Positions 26,209-35,752 of a stretch of DNA of 64,000 nucleotides are shown piece by piece (position 1 is the first letter of the stretch; each line of letters starts with the position of its first letter). Where the stretch lies: positions 1-64,000 of IMG/VR virus record IMGVR_UViG_2700989228_000034, one strand, 5' to 3'. The DNA comes from a virus. The position numbers and the translations under genes are program-made. The notes under the pieces were generated by a model, which had not been told where the DNA came from, did not search any database, and saw only the letters and a program-made list of their open reading frames with translations.

Positions 26209-28412
26209 AAATATTAAAGAGAACAAAGAAAGGCAAAACAAGCCAACTTGAAGAGTTTGATTTGAATAAAATAATCAATGCTGTCAAGAAGGCTTATGCT
26301 TCACAAGGTAGAGAACCTGATGAAGAAGTTTTGAAGGAATTAACATATATTCCTTCTTATCATGAGGGAGCTAGTGCAGTAGGAGTTACTACTATACAGA
26401 CAGAAGTAGAGAAGATTCTTATGGATTTAGCACCTTATGATGTAGCAAAAGCTTATATTATCTATAGAAATAAACATGAAGAGTCTAGATTTATTAGAGA
26501 AAGGATTGATTATATGTCTAACTATGCAGACTCTGATGATAATGCTGCTAGTTCCTCAGAGACTGACCCTAATGCTAATGTAACTCAGAAGAATGTTGCC
26601 AATCTTGATGGAGAAGTTTATAAAACAAAGAATAGAATTATTCAGAGACAGAGAATGAAGGATGAACTTAATGTCCTTTATCCAGAGGTAGCAAAGCAAT
26701 ATGAAATAGATGTTGAGAATCATATAATCTATCCTCATGATGAAGCTAGTGTGCCTACTTTGAAGTTCTATTGTCAAGCAGATACTCTTTACCCACTTAT
26801 GACAGAAGGTGTAGGTAATATAGATGGTGTGACACCAACTCCTCCTAATGATTTACAATCATTTAGTGGACAAATAACTAATCTTACCTTCTTGCTATCT
26901 TCTCAATGTAAAGGTGCAGTAGCCTTTGGAGAATATTTCATTGCTCTAAACTACTACATTATTGCAGAGTTTGGAGATAAATGGTATGAGAAACTTGATT
27001 GTGTTGTAACAAATTCTCATTGTAAGATTCAAAGAACAGTTAGAGATTTCATAGAGAAAGCTTTCAAACAATTTATCTATGGGATTAATCAACCAGCAGG
27101 AAACAGGAGCTACCAAAGCCCATTTACAAATATTTCATATTATGACCATACATACTTTAGTTCATTGTTTGGAGAATTTTGCTATCCTGATGGAACTAAG
27201 CCTGAATGGGCTGCAATTAATGTTCTTCAGAAGATGTTTATGAAGTTCTTCAATAAACTTAGAACTAAGCAGATTTTGACCTTCCCTGTTGAAACATTAG
27301 CAATGGTACATGATGGCAAGGGTATTATAGATAAGGAATATAAAGACTTCTGTGCAGAAATGTATGCAGAAGGTCATAGCTTCTTTACTTATATTTCAGA
27401 TAGTGCTGATAGTCTTGCATCATGCTGTAGATTGAGAAATGAACTTGCAGAGAATACATTTAATCCTACATCAGGTCTTACTGGTGTTATGACTGGTAGC
27501 TGCCATGTTATTACTCTTAATATTAATAGGATTGTTCAAGATTGGTTCACCTTTATTAATCACCTTCATTATGGTAATACTGGCAAAAACTTAGAACCTA
27601 ATGAAGTATTTAATAAAGATTGCTCTTTATCAAGTTACTTACTAGGCATTCTTGAAAGAGTATATAAGTATCATATAGCTTATAAGACTATGCTCTATGA
27701 ACAAGAAGAGAAGGGCATGTTTGCAGCTTGTAATGGTGGTTATATACACATGAACAAGTTGTATAGTACCATTGGTATCAATGGCTTGAATGAAGCAGCT
27801 AGATTCTTAGGTCTTAAGGTATCTAATAACCCTGAATATATTGAGTTCTTGCAGTTTATTCTTGGTACTATCAAGGAAGCAAATAAAAAAAGCTCTATAC
27901 ATGATAGTAAGAGACCTTTCTTGTTTAATTCTGAGGTAGTTCCTGCTGAATCTCTTGGTGGTAAGAATTATAGATGGGACAAAAAGGATGGCTATTGGGT
28001 CCCTGAAGATGAAAATCTTTATAACTCATATTTCTTTGATGCACATGATAATACTTCAGTACTAGATAAGATGATTTTGCATGGAAGGCAGACAGCACAA
28101 TATTGTGATGGAGGCTCAGCTTGTCATATTAATCTTGAAGACCATTTGAGTAAGAAGCAGTATCTTAAGTTGATTGAATTTGCAGTCAAAGAAGGTACTA
28201 ACTATTTTACCTTTAATATACCAAATAGTAAATGTGATGATTGTGGTTATATTACAAAGCATCCTATAACAGAATGCCCTAAGTGTCATAGCCATAACAT
28301 TACTTGGTATACTAGAGTAATAGGTTATTTGAGACCTATTAAGGCATTTGGTATTGATAGATTCATTGAAGCTGGAAAGAGAGTCTATTCTAAACTAAAA
28401 GATATATGTTAA
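26205..28412 (+). CDS. nrdD: anaerobic ribonucleoside-triphosphate reductase
   Basis: N-terminal ATP-cone-like region; C-terminal Zn ribbon CDDCGY..CPKCHS and glycyl-radical motif TRVIGYLRP. Confidence 0.8.
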   Translation: MKILKRTKKGKTSQLEEFDLNKIINAVKKAYASQGREPDEEVLKELTYIPSYHEGASAVGVTTIQTEVEKILMDLAPYDVAKAYIIYRNKHEESRFIRERIDYMSNYADSDDNAASSSETDPNANVTQKNVANLDGEVYKTKNRIIQRQRMKDELNVLYPEVAKQYEIDVENHIIYPHDEASVPTLKFYCQADTLYPLMTEGVGNIDGVTPTPPNDLQSFSGQITNLTFLLSSQCKGAVAFGEYFIALNYYIIAEFGDKWYEKLDCVVTNSHCKIQRTVRDFIEKAFKQFIYGINQPAGNRSYQSPFTNISYYDHTYFSSLFGEFCYPDGTKPEWAAINVLQKMFMKFFNKLRTKQILTFPVETLAMVHDGKGIIDKEYKDFCAEMYAEGHSFFTYISDSADSLASCCRLRNELAENTFNPTSGLTGVMTGSCHVITLNINRIVQDWFTFINHLHYGNTGKNLEPNEVFNKDCSLSSYLLGILERVYKYHIAYKTMLYEQEEKGMFAACNGGYIHMNKLYSTIGINGLNEAARFLGLKVSNNPEYIEFLQFILGTIKEANKKSSIHDSKRPFLFNSEVVPAESLGGKNYRWDKKDGYWVPEDENLYNSYFFDAHDNTSVLDKMILHGRQTAQYCDGGSACHINLEDHLSKKQYLKLIEFAVKEGTNYFTFNIPNSKCDDCGYITKHPITECPKCHSHNITWYTRVIGYLRPIKAFGIDRFIEAGKRVYSKLKDIC

Positions 28413-28876
28413 AGTATGTAGATAGTAAAGTTGTCTTTGCTGAAATTCCTGATGAAATAACTCTTGCTATTAACATATCTAATTGTCCTTGTCATTGCGA
28501 AGAATGTCATTCTCCTTATCTTGCAGATGATATAGGAGAGCCTCTTGATTTACAACACTTGACTAATCTTATTGACAATAATAGAGGCATAACTTGTGTC
28601 TGTATTATGGGAGGTGATGCTAACCCAAGTGAAGTAAATGATATTGCACAGGACATTAAGGAATACTACCCAGAATTGAAAGTAGCTTGGTATAGTGGAA
28701 GACAAGAATTAAGTAAGGATATTGATTTAGAGAATTTTGATTTTGTAAAGCTGGGACCTTATATGGAAGAACTTGGACCATTGAATAGTAAAACTACTAA
28801 TCAAGTACTTCTTGAAATAGAGGTTATTCAAGGTAAGGTCTTTACTAAGGATATAACAGCAAAGTTTTGGAAATAG
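28406..28876 (+). CDS. nrdG: anaerobic RNR activating protein (radical SAM)
   Basis: CPCHCEEC fits CxxxCxxC; overlaps the nrdD stop. Confidence 0.7.
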   Translation: MLKYVDSKVVFAEIPDEITLAINISNCPCHCEECHSPYLADDIGEPLDLQHLTNLIDNNRGITCVCIMGGDANPSEVNDIAQDIKEYYPELKVAWYSGRQELSKDIDLENFDFVKLGPYMEELGPLNSKTTNQVLLEIEVIQGKVFTKDITAKFWK

Positions 28877-29052
28877 TTAAAGTCATTACAAAAGAATACA
28901 GAGAGGGTGATAATGCAGTGAAAACTACATCTATCACCCTTTTTGGTATACCTATATTTAGGTATAAAAAATTAACAACAAACAATAAGGCTGTAGCATT
29001 TCTTACAGTTCAAAAGAAAACAACTATTAAAGGTTTTAGAAATGAAGATTAA
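28867..29052 (+). CDS. hypothetical small protein
   Basis: 61-aa ORF. Confidence 0.25.
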   Translation: MEIVKVITKEYREGDNAVKTTSITLFGIPIFRYKKLTTNNKAVAFLTVQKKTTIKGFRNED

Positions 29053-29590
29053 AGTAAAAGAAACAGTAAAAGGTTTCTATACAGAGGCTAAAGATGAGAA
29101 GGGTAACTTGGTTCCTTTCATAAATCCTATTGGTGATTGTATTGACCTTAGAGCAGCAGCAGACTATGAGTTTGAGGCTCCTCAAGCAGGTATTCTTCAT
29201 CAGAAAGATAAAGTTGAGACAAGGAATGTAAAGTTTGATGAAAAGCTTATTAAGCTTGGAATTGCAATGCAATTACCAAAGGGATTTAGTGCCAAGATTA
29301 AACAGAGAAGCTCTACTACTAAAAAGCTTAGACTTGTAATGGCTTCTTCTGGCTTTATTGACACAATATATTGTGGAGATAATGATGAGTGGGGATTCTA
29401 TTGTTATTCAGTAGATAAAACTACTATTCATAAGGGAGAGAGAATTTGTCAATTTGAAATTGTGCCTAATCAGTTTGCAACCATGTGGCAGAAACTTAAG
29501 TGGCTCTTCTCTAGTAAGATAGAGTTTGAGTGGGTTGATAAACTTGGCAATGCAGACAGAGGTGGTCATGGAAAAACAGGAGTTAAGTAA
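29042..29590 (+). CDS. dut: dUTPase-fold protein
   Basis: GFIDTIYCGDNDEWGF matches dUTPase motif III (GxIDxDYRG); sits beside the RNR genes. Confidence 0.55.
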   Translation: MKIKVKETVKGFYTEAKDEKGNLVPFINPIGDCIDLRAAADYEFEAPQAGILHQKDKVETRNVKFDEKLIKLGIAMQLPKGFSAKIKQRSSTTKKLRLVMASSGFIDTIYCGDNDEWGFYCYSVDKTTIHKGERICQFEIVPNQFATMWQKLKWLFSSKIEFEWVDKLGNADRGGHGKTGVK

Positions 29591-30102
29591 TGATATTTAA
29601 GCTAATAATTATATTTCTGCTAATTATCCTTATTACAATCTTCATAAATATGGTTGAAGACCATGAAAACTATAGGAAGATTTCATTTAAGGAGACTATG
29701 GACTTACTTAATATTCCTATTATAACCTTTGTTTGTAATGAGAAGAAGTTACATTTCCTGCTTGATTCAGGAAGTTCATATTCTCATATAAGTCCAGAAG
29801 CAGTAAGCTATATAGGAGGAAAACTAGAGAATATTGGGGGGAATGTTCAAACTGTAGGTGCAGGTGGCATACTAAACAATAATAAACATTGTATTCTTAA
29901 GTTAGAATATAATAAAGAGTTCTATGATTCTGATTTTATAGTTACAGAACAACTCGCTCAGCAGCTAGAGGCTATAAAGAAAGACTTTAACATTGAAATA
30001 TACGGAGTTCTTGGTGGAGATTTCCTTAGTAGATATGACTATGTTATAGATTTCAAAGAACTTGTAGCTTATTCTAAGAGAAAATGCAAGGGAACAAAAT
30101 AA
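29590..30102 (+). CDS. retropepsin-like aspartic protease with N-terminal membrane anchor
   Basis: TM helix; catalytic-type FLLDSGSSYS; C-terminal GVLGGDFLSRYDYVIDF, the retropepsin-type ending. Confidence 0.45.
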   Translation: MIFKLIIIFLLIILITIFINMVEDHENYRKISFKETMDLLNIPIITFVCNEKKLHFLLDSGSSYSHISPEAVSYIGGKLENIGGNVQTVGAGGILNNNKHCILKLEYNKEFYDSDFIVTEQLAQQLEAIKKDFNIEIYGVLGGDFLSRYDYVIDFKELVAYSKRKCKGTK

Positions 30103-30341
30103 AGCTACCTAATAGATATAATGAGGAAGTATATCTTGAGAAGATTGAAGACACTAAGTATAAGTTAGTACATGAGTCTTCTTATGTAAGATTAGGAACT
30201 ATTAATGGAGTGAAAGATAAATATACTTTCATTGATATTAGTGGAGGTCCTATGATTTATTTAAAAGATAAACTTCCAATTGGAGTAGTTAAATCTATTA
30301 GTATGTCTGATGGTAGTTACATAATAGAAGTTGAAACATGA
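30084..30341 (+). CDS. hypothetical protein
   Basis: 85-aa ORF. Confidence 0.3.
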   Translation: MQGNKIKLPNRYNEEVYLEKIEDTKYKLVHESSYVRLGTINGVKDKYTFIDISGGPMIYLKDKLPIGVVKSISMSDGSYIIEVET

Positions 30342-32575
30342 TTTACTTAGTAACGGGTCAAAAAACTTTATTTGAAAATGAGGCATATTCTATGATAGAT
30401 ATAGATAAATGTTTATCTCTATTATGGGATATGCCTATAATTCAAGTAGATACAGAAACTAATGGTAAAGATGCTCATATAAATAAAATATTATGTATTC
30501 AATTTGGTAATGACTTATTAGATTGTCAAATAGTAGTAGATATAAGTACAATATCTTTAAAGTTATTTAAAGAAGTTCTAGAATCTAAATATCTTATTCT
30601 TCAAAATGCTAAGTTTGATTTACAATTTCTGTACAATTTCAATATTCATCCTACTAAAATATATGATACTATGATAGTGGAGCAGTTTCTTTACTTAGGG
30701 TATCCTAGTGGATTAACTGTGAGTGAGGAAGAATACAAACGAGAAGGTTATAATTTTCCATATCATAAAAATATAAATGAAGAAACTGGCAAAGTAACTT
30801 ATACTCTTAGTTTTGCTCTTGATGCCATAGCAAATAAAAGATTAGGTATTTATATTGATAAAGAAATTAGAAGTCAGATTATTTGGAGAGGTCTAGATAC
30901 AGATGTTATAATATATGCTGCTAATGATGTTAAGTATCTAGAGAAAATAATGAGGTCACAGCTTAATGATTTAAGGAAGATTCCTAATGCCATAAAAGGT
31001 GCTAAAATAGAGTGTGACTTTACACCTGTTATAGCTTACTTGGAATGGTGTGGAATTAAACTTGATGAATCTAGATGGAGAGAGAAAATGAGGAAAGATA
31101 AAATAAAATTGTCTCAATCAGAAGATGCATTGAATAAATTTCTCTTAGAAGCTTATAATAAAGGAAATAAGAAACTAGAGCAATTTATCTATGTTAATAA
31201 TCAACCATCTTTATTTGAAGAATTTAATAAAGATTTAGGAGTTCCTCAAGTAAGAATTAACTGGTCATCAAGTCCTCAAGTTATTACAGTAGCTAAAATA
31301 CTTGGATTCAATACTCTTGTTATTGACAAAAAGACAGGAAAAGAAAAAGATAGTGCAATGGAAAAGCAACTTAAAAGTCAAAAAGGTATAAATGATGAAT
31401 TTCTTAGACTGTACTTTGGAGAGGGAGAAGAGGATGATGATAATTATTTTCCTGGATATAGTGGCAGTTACAAAGTAGTTACTTCATTTGGTCAAGGGCA
31501 TCTTAATGCTATTAATCCTAATACAGGGAGAATACATACAATTTATAGAGCTATTGGTACTATATCAGGTAGAATGTCTTCAGGAAGTGACAAAACCAAT
31601 ACTGATTTAGCAAAGTTAAAAGGACTTCCTACTAATCCTAGTGCTAAACAAAAGAAAGAGGGAAAAGGATGTACTTACCCTAATATGCAACAGCTTCCTC
31701 ATAATAAGGAAACTAGAGCTTGTTTTGTTGCAGAGAAAGGAAATTTATTCTGTTCATGTGATTATAGTGCTATGGAAGCTAGAATAGGAGCTGATGTATA
31801 TAATGAACATAAACTTCTTGATGAATTTCTATATGGCAGTGGTGATACTCATGCAGCTTATGCTAAAGCAGTATTTGCAAAAGAACTAGAAGAAATTGAT
31901 ACAAAAGATGTAAAAGCAAAAAGACCTGACCTTAGAAATAAAGTTAAGTCTGTAGAGTTTGCAGTTCAATTTGGTTCTGATGGTACTGCTGTAGCTCCAC
32001 AATTAAAGATTCCTGTAGAAGAAGCTAGACAACTTGTTATTAATCTGTTAAATGGTATGACAGGATTGAAAGCTTTCAAAGCAAAAGGTTCTAAATTTGT
32101 ATTAAACAATGGATATGTAGATATTCTTCCTCAAACAGGACACAGAGGATATTGGTATGATTGGAAACATTGGAAAGAAGTTCAGGCTGGTTATACCTCT
32201 GAATTTTGGGAAGATTATAAAAAATATCATAAAGGAACTAATGATGAAGTTTGTAAGGAAGTAAAAATTCATTTTCAAGCTAAATCTAAGTGGTGTGACA
32301 GAATGAGCTTAAACTTGCCTACACAAGGTGGAGGAGCTGTAGTATTGAAAGAAGCTATGATTACCTTATATAAATGGGTAATAGATAATGGCTACTGGGG
32401 AAAAATACTATTTTGTAATTTTACCCATGATGAATGTAATACTGAATTTCCTGAGGAATTAAAGGATACTTATCCTCAAATGGTATCTAAAATAATGCAA
32501 GAAGCAGCAGCAAAGTATTATCATAAATTACCTATTCCTGCTGCCCCAGAAGTAGATACTTGTTGGAGACATTAG
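30338..32575 (+). CDS. DNA polymerase family A (3'-5' exonuclease + polymerase)
   Basis: exonuclease motif I IQVDTETNG; motif A DYSAMEARI; motif B RPDLRNKVKSVEFAVQFG; motif C THDE. Confidence 0.8.
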   Translation: MIYLVTGQKTLFENEAYSMIDIDKCLSLLWDMPIIQVDTETNGKDAHINKILCIQFGNDLLDCQIVVDISTISLKLFKEVLESKYLILQNAKFDLQFLYNFNIHPTKIYDTMIVEQFLYLGYPSGLTVSEEEYKREGYNFPYHKNINEETGKVTYTLSFALDAIANKRLGIYIDKEIRSQIIWRGLDTDVIIYAANDVKYLEKIMRSQLNDLRKIPNAIKGAKIECDFTPVIAYLEWCGIKLDESRWREKMRKDKIKLSQSEDALNKFLLEAYNKGNKKLEQFIYVNNQPSLFEEFNKDLGVPQVRINWSSSPQVITVAKILGFNTLVIDKKTGKEKDSAMEKQLKSQKGINDEFLRLYFGEGEEDDDNYFPGYSGSYKVVTSFGQGHLNAINPNTGRIHTIYRAIGTISGRMSSGSDKTNTDLAKLKGLPTNPSAKQKKEGKGCTYPNMQQLPHNKETRACFVAEKGNLFCSCDYSAMEARIGADVYNEHKLLDEFLYGSGDTHAAYAKAVFAKELEEIDTKDVKAKRPDLRNKVKSVEFAVQFGSDGTAVAPQLKIPVEEARQLVINLLNGMTGLKAFKAKGSKFVLNNGYVDILPQTGHRGYWYDWKHWKEVQAGYTSEFWEDYKKYHKGTNDEVCKEVKIHFQAKSKWCDRMSLNLPTQGGGAVVLKEAMITLYKWVIDNGYWGKILFCNFTHDECNTEFPEELKDTYPQMVSKIMQEAAAKYYHKLPIPAAPEVDTCWRH

Positions 32576-32617
32576 TGATAATTTTGTGTACCAACACATG
32601 TTTAAAAAGAAATTATT

Positions 32618-33073
32618 ATGATTAAAAAAGGAGAAAAGTATATATGTACTAATAATGTCTACATGAGCGGAGAGGTCTATAGACCTGTTTATAGGAAGGG
32701 TAGAATTTATCAATCAGATGTAGATGACTCTTTGGTAGATGAATGTAATGAAACACACTATTGGCTAGATAGAGAACTTTTTGAAAAACACTTCAAAAAG
32801 TGTACATTACCTATTAAAAATTCATCAGATGATAGAGTAAATCATCCTTCTCATTATACTTGGCTTAAGAAGTTATGTGGTATAGAAGTAATTGATATTA
32901 CTAGACACATGAACTTTAACTTAGGAAATGTAATTAAGTATGTTCTTAGGTCAGGTCATAAATCTGAAGAAGGAATGAGTGATAAACAAAAGAGAATAGA
33001 AGACTTAAAGAAAGCTGTCTTCTATCTCAATGATGAAATAAATAGACTAGAAAATGACAAAGAAGGAGTATGA
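32618..33073 (+). CDS. DUF3310-family protein
   Basis: NHPSHY...IEVIDI...LGNVIKYVLRSGHK. Confidence 0.5.
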   Translation: MIKKGEKYICTNNVYMSGEVYRPVYRKGRIYQSDVDDSLVDECNETHYWLDRELFEKHFKKCTLPIKNSSDDRVNHPSHYTWLKKLCGIEVIDITRHMNFNLGNVIKYVLRSGHKSEEGMSDKQKRIEDLKKAVFYLNDEINRLENDKEGV

Positions 33074-33257
33074 AGAATTACACAGAGTAGTCAAAGATAA
33101 GCTAGGTCATCAACTTCATGTTGATGACTTAGTTATTGGCTATGCTTATAACTGCTGTGTGGAAATTTATAGGGTTAAAAACTGTGTAAGAAAAAAGCTC
33201 TTCTTGTTAGAGCTTCAGATAACAGATGGGATACTTATATTTATCCAGATAGGTTAA
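33054..33257 (+). CDS. hypothetical protein
   Basis: 67-aa ORF. Confidence 0.25.
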   Translation: MTKKEYEELHRVVKDKLGHQLHVDDLVIGYAYNCCVEIYRVKNCVRKKLFLLELQITDGILIFIQIG

Positions 33258-33272
33258 TTAAAATAAAAGAAG

Positions 33273-34001
33273 ATGGAATATCAGAAAATTAATACATTAT
33301 TCAAGAGGGATGGTAAAAATGTTATTATTCCCTCACAGTATACTTGTGAAGAGTTTAACTATTTAAAGGATTGTCCTTGGGAATGTACAGAGAAGATTGA
33401 TGGTACTAACATCAGAATCTATGTAACTATGGTAGCAGGAGAAGGTGAAGAACCTTGGCTTTATGGTGTGACTATTAAAGGTCGAACTAACAGAGCAGAG
33501 CTTCCTAGTAAGCTTGTCAAAAAGCTGGAGAATATCTTCTTCAAGGTAGATTGGGCTAAAGTATTTCCTGCATTGACACCTGAAGATACTGTATGTATAT
33601 ATGGTGAAGGTTATGGTGCAGGTATTCAAAAGTGTGGTGGAAAGTATATCAGCAATGATGTAGATTTCATTCTTTTTGATGTCAAGATTAATGACTGGTG
33701 GCTTAAAAGAGAAGACTGTGAAGATATTGCCAAGAAGTGCAATGTACCTATGGTTCCTCTTATTGGCTATATGACTATTCCACAGGCTGTAGAATTTGTC
33801 AAGAAAGGCTTTAAGTCTAAGATTTCTGAAGATAAAGACCTTAATGCAGAGGGTTTAGTTCTTAGAACTACCTGTGGTCTTAGATTTAGAAATGGAGAGA
33901 GAATTATTACCAAGATAAAGTACTGCGATTTTGAAAAATTTAAGGCTGTGTATGGAGATAATCCAAACCCTGAGCAGCCTGATAACCCTAATTATCAATG
34001 A
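33273..34001 (+). CDS. nucleotidyltransferase-superfamily ligase, Rnl-like RNA ligase candidate
   Basis: motif I EKIDGTNIRI (KxDG); EGLVLR (motif IV-like); ITKIKY (motif V-like); 242 aa. Confidence 0.45.
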   Translation: MEYQKINTLFKRDGKNVIIPSQYTCEEFNYLKDCPWECTEKIDGTNIRIYVTMVAGEGEEPWLYGVTIKGRTNRAELPSKLVKKLENIFFKVDWAKVFPALTPEDTVCIYGEGYGAGIQKCGGKYISNDVDFILFDVKINDWWLKREDCEDIAKKCNVPMVPLIGYMTIPQAVEFVKKGFKSKISEDKDLNAEGLVLRTTCGLRFRNGERIITKIKYCDFEKFKAVYGDNPNPEQPDNPNYQ

Positions 34002-34207
34002 AGCAATACACACAACTAGAGTTTATAAGGGTAGTAGAGAAGAATGGATTTTCTTATAGTAGGCATAGTGGTGACCATGCTATATATGTCAATGATAAGG
34101 GAAGACATATCTCTATCCCTCATAAACTAGAAAGTGTTATAGCTCGTAGACTTATTAAAGAAAATAATTTAGATATTAATATTAAAAAGCGAAGAAAAAA
34201 TGGTTGA
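33998..34207 (+). CDS. hicA: HicA-like mRNA interferase toxin
   Basis: EFIRVVEKNGFSYSRHSGDHAIYVNDKGRHISIPHKLESVIARRLIKENNL resembles the recalled HicA pattern LLEKdGw..vR.kGSHh.f.hp....vtvPhh.kdl..gtlksIlkqAgl. Confidence 0.55.
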   Translation: MKQYTQLEFIRVVEKNGFSYSRHSGDHAIYVNDKGRHISIPHKLESVIARRLIKENNLDINIKKRRKNG

Positions 34208-34508
34208 AAGTGGATATTATCCAGCAGGGGCAGAGTATGACCCTAAAGCACCTTGGAACAAGATAGACCCTGAACCAAGAAAGATTGAGGTTACTGTATC
34301 TATAACACTAAGTAAGACAGTAGAGGTAGAGGTTACTGACTATACTGCTGAAGAGAATTATGATGAAGATGGTTATAATGGTATTAGCTATGACTATTCT
34401 GAGTGTAACTTAGAGCAAGCAGTTAGAGACCAAGTAACTCTTCCTAATAGTGTAGGAGAGTTTAATGATTGGGTTGAAGATGATTTTGCAGTAAATTTGG
34501 AGGAATAA
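34200..34508 (+). CDS. acidic hypothetical protein coupled to hicA (non-HicB)
   Basis: overlaps hicA by 8 nt; no RNase-H-like HicB signature; Asp/Glu-rich. Confidence 0.3.
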   Translation: MVESGYYPAGAEYDPKAPWNKIDPEPRKIEVTVSITLSKTVEVEVTDYTAEENYDEDGYNGISYDYSECNLEQAVRDQVTLPNSVGEFNDWVEDDFAVNLEE

Positions 34509-35409
34509 TATGACATTTATAATTCATTTCAAAGATGGGCATAGGGAAACCTATAGTAACCATTATGATGAGAATGATGAGCATGAAAGAGATGGTGCAT
34601 GGGATGATGTCTATGCTACATTTCCTAATGCTGATTATATAGAATCTTTTTAATATGACTCTAAATGAATATTTATTATTAAGGTTTAATAGAAGTAACC
34701 ATCCTAAGTATAGAAAATATGCAGTAGAGTGGATAAAGAACCTTACTATAGAGCAATTATCTTACTTTAGAAAGGAAATGTCTAAATCACTTTTAATATG
34801 AAAAAATCTATTTTAGTAGCTGTAGTATATATCATACTATTTACTATAGAAATATTAGTATATTATATATCTAAAGAAAGTGTTACTTTCTTTTATGGTT
34901 TTATACTACTAATTGCATTTGTAATTACTTTTGGTAGTACTTTAGATGAGTGGAAATGAAAAGTAAATAAACTAGAATCAAAGAAATAAAAATAGGTGAT
35001 AGAACCTATGAAGTTATAGATGGTTTTACAACTCTTAAAAGTATAAATAAAAATGGAACAGCTAGTAATAATCGATAGTAATAAAATCTATATTTATAGT
35101 GAAGAAAATCATCCTATAATAAGTGCAGAAGATGCTACAACAGAAGATATAATTAGAATTCTAGGTCATGATATTAATCATGTAACTTTTGCTTGGGGTG
35201 AAGATTTTACTATAGAAAAAGATTAAAACTATGGATAAGAAGAAATTTAATTTAATACATAAAAACTTTGCTAAACCCATATTTGATATGGCAATGGTAT
35301 ATGAAAATAGTGCCTTTACCATAGAGAATAAAATTGTTAATGTCAAAGTAGTTAATGCTTTCAATGAACTAAAGAAAGCATTAGAAGAACAATTAAATGA
35401 GTATAGGTA

Positions 35410-35748
35410 ATGAATAAAGATAATCTATATACTTCTTTATGTCTTTTAATGTTCAGGTTAGAAGACATAAAGAATAATTCAATGCAGGATAAATCATTTG
35501 TTACTGCATTAACTGAAGTTCTACGTTATTTTAAAGATAATGGAGAATTAAAAGAAGCTTTTAAGTATCAAAAAACTTTAATACAAGACATAAAAGACCA
35601 ACCTTTTTATAAGAGTATGTTAGATATGTTTTGTTTAAAAATCAGTACAGAGCATCCAGATATTCCTTCTCTTAATATAGAGAAAATTATGGAAAAACAA
35701 TTCTCAGATGAGTTTATAGAAGATAAAATTAAAACTATTTTAGAGTAA
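35410..35748 (+). CDS. hypothetical protein
   Basis: 112-aa ORF. Confidence 0.3.
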   Translation: MNKDNLYTSLCLLMFRLEDIKNNSMQDKSFVTALTEVLRYFKDNGELKEAFKYQKTLIQDIKDQPFYKSMLDMFCLKISTEHPDIPSLNIEKIMEKQFSDEFIEDKIKTILE

Positions 35749-35752
35749 AATT

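Noticed and set aside
26205-32575. Inteins in NrdD or the family-A DNA polymerase
   Set aside because: Both proteins have ordinary lengths (735 and 745 aa). Their motif spacing is contiguous and no Hint or endonuclease block interrupts them. The LAGLIDADG gene at 21435 is free-standing and stop-flanked, not in-frame with a host protein.
35161-35364. Minus-strand 67-aa ORF in the 34510-35409 small-gene region
   Set aside because: The region is covered by a chain of short plus-strand ORFs (34510-34653, 34800-34959, 35053-35226, 35231-35409) in the same orientation as all neighbours. The minus-strand ORF is probably an artefact.
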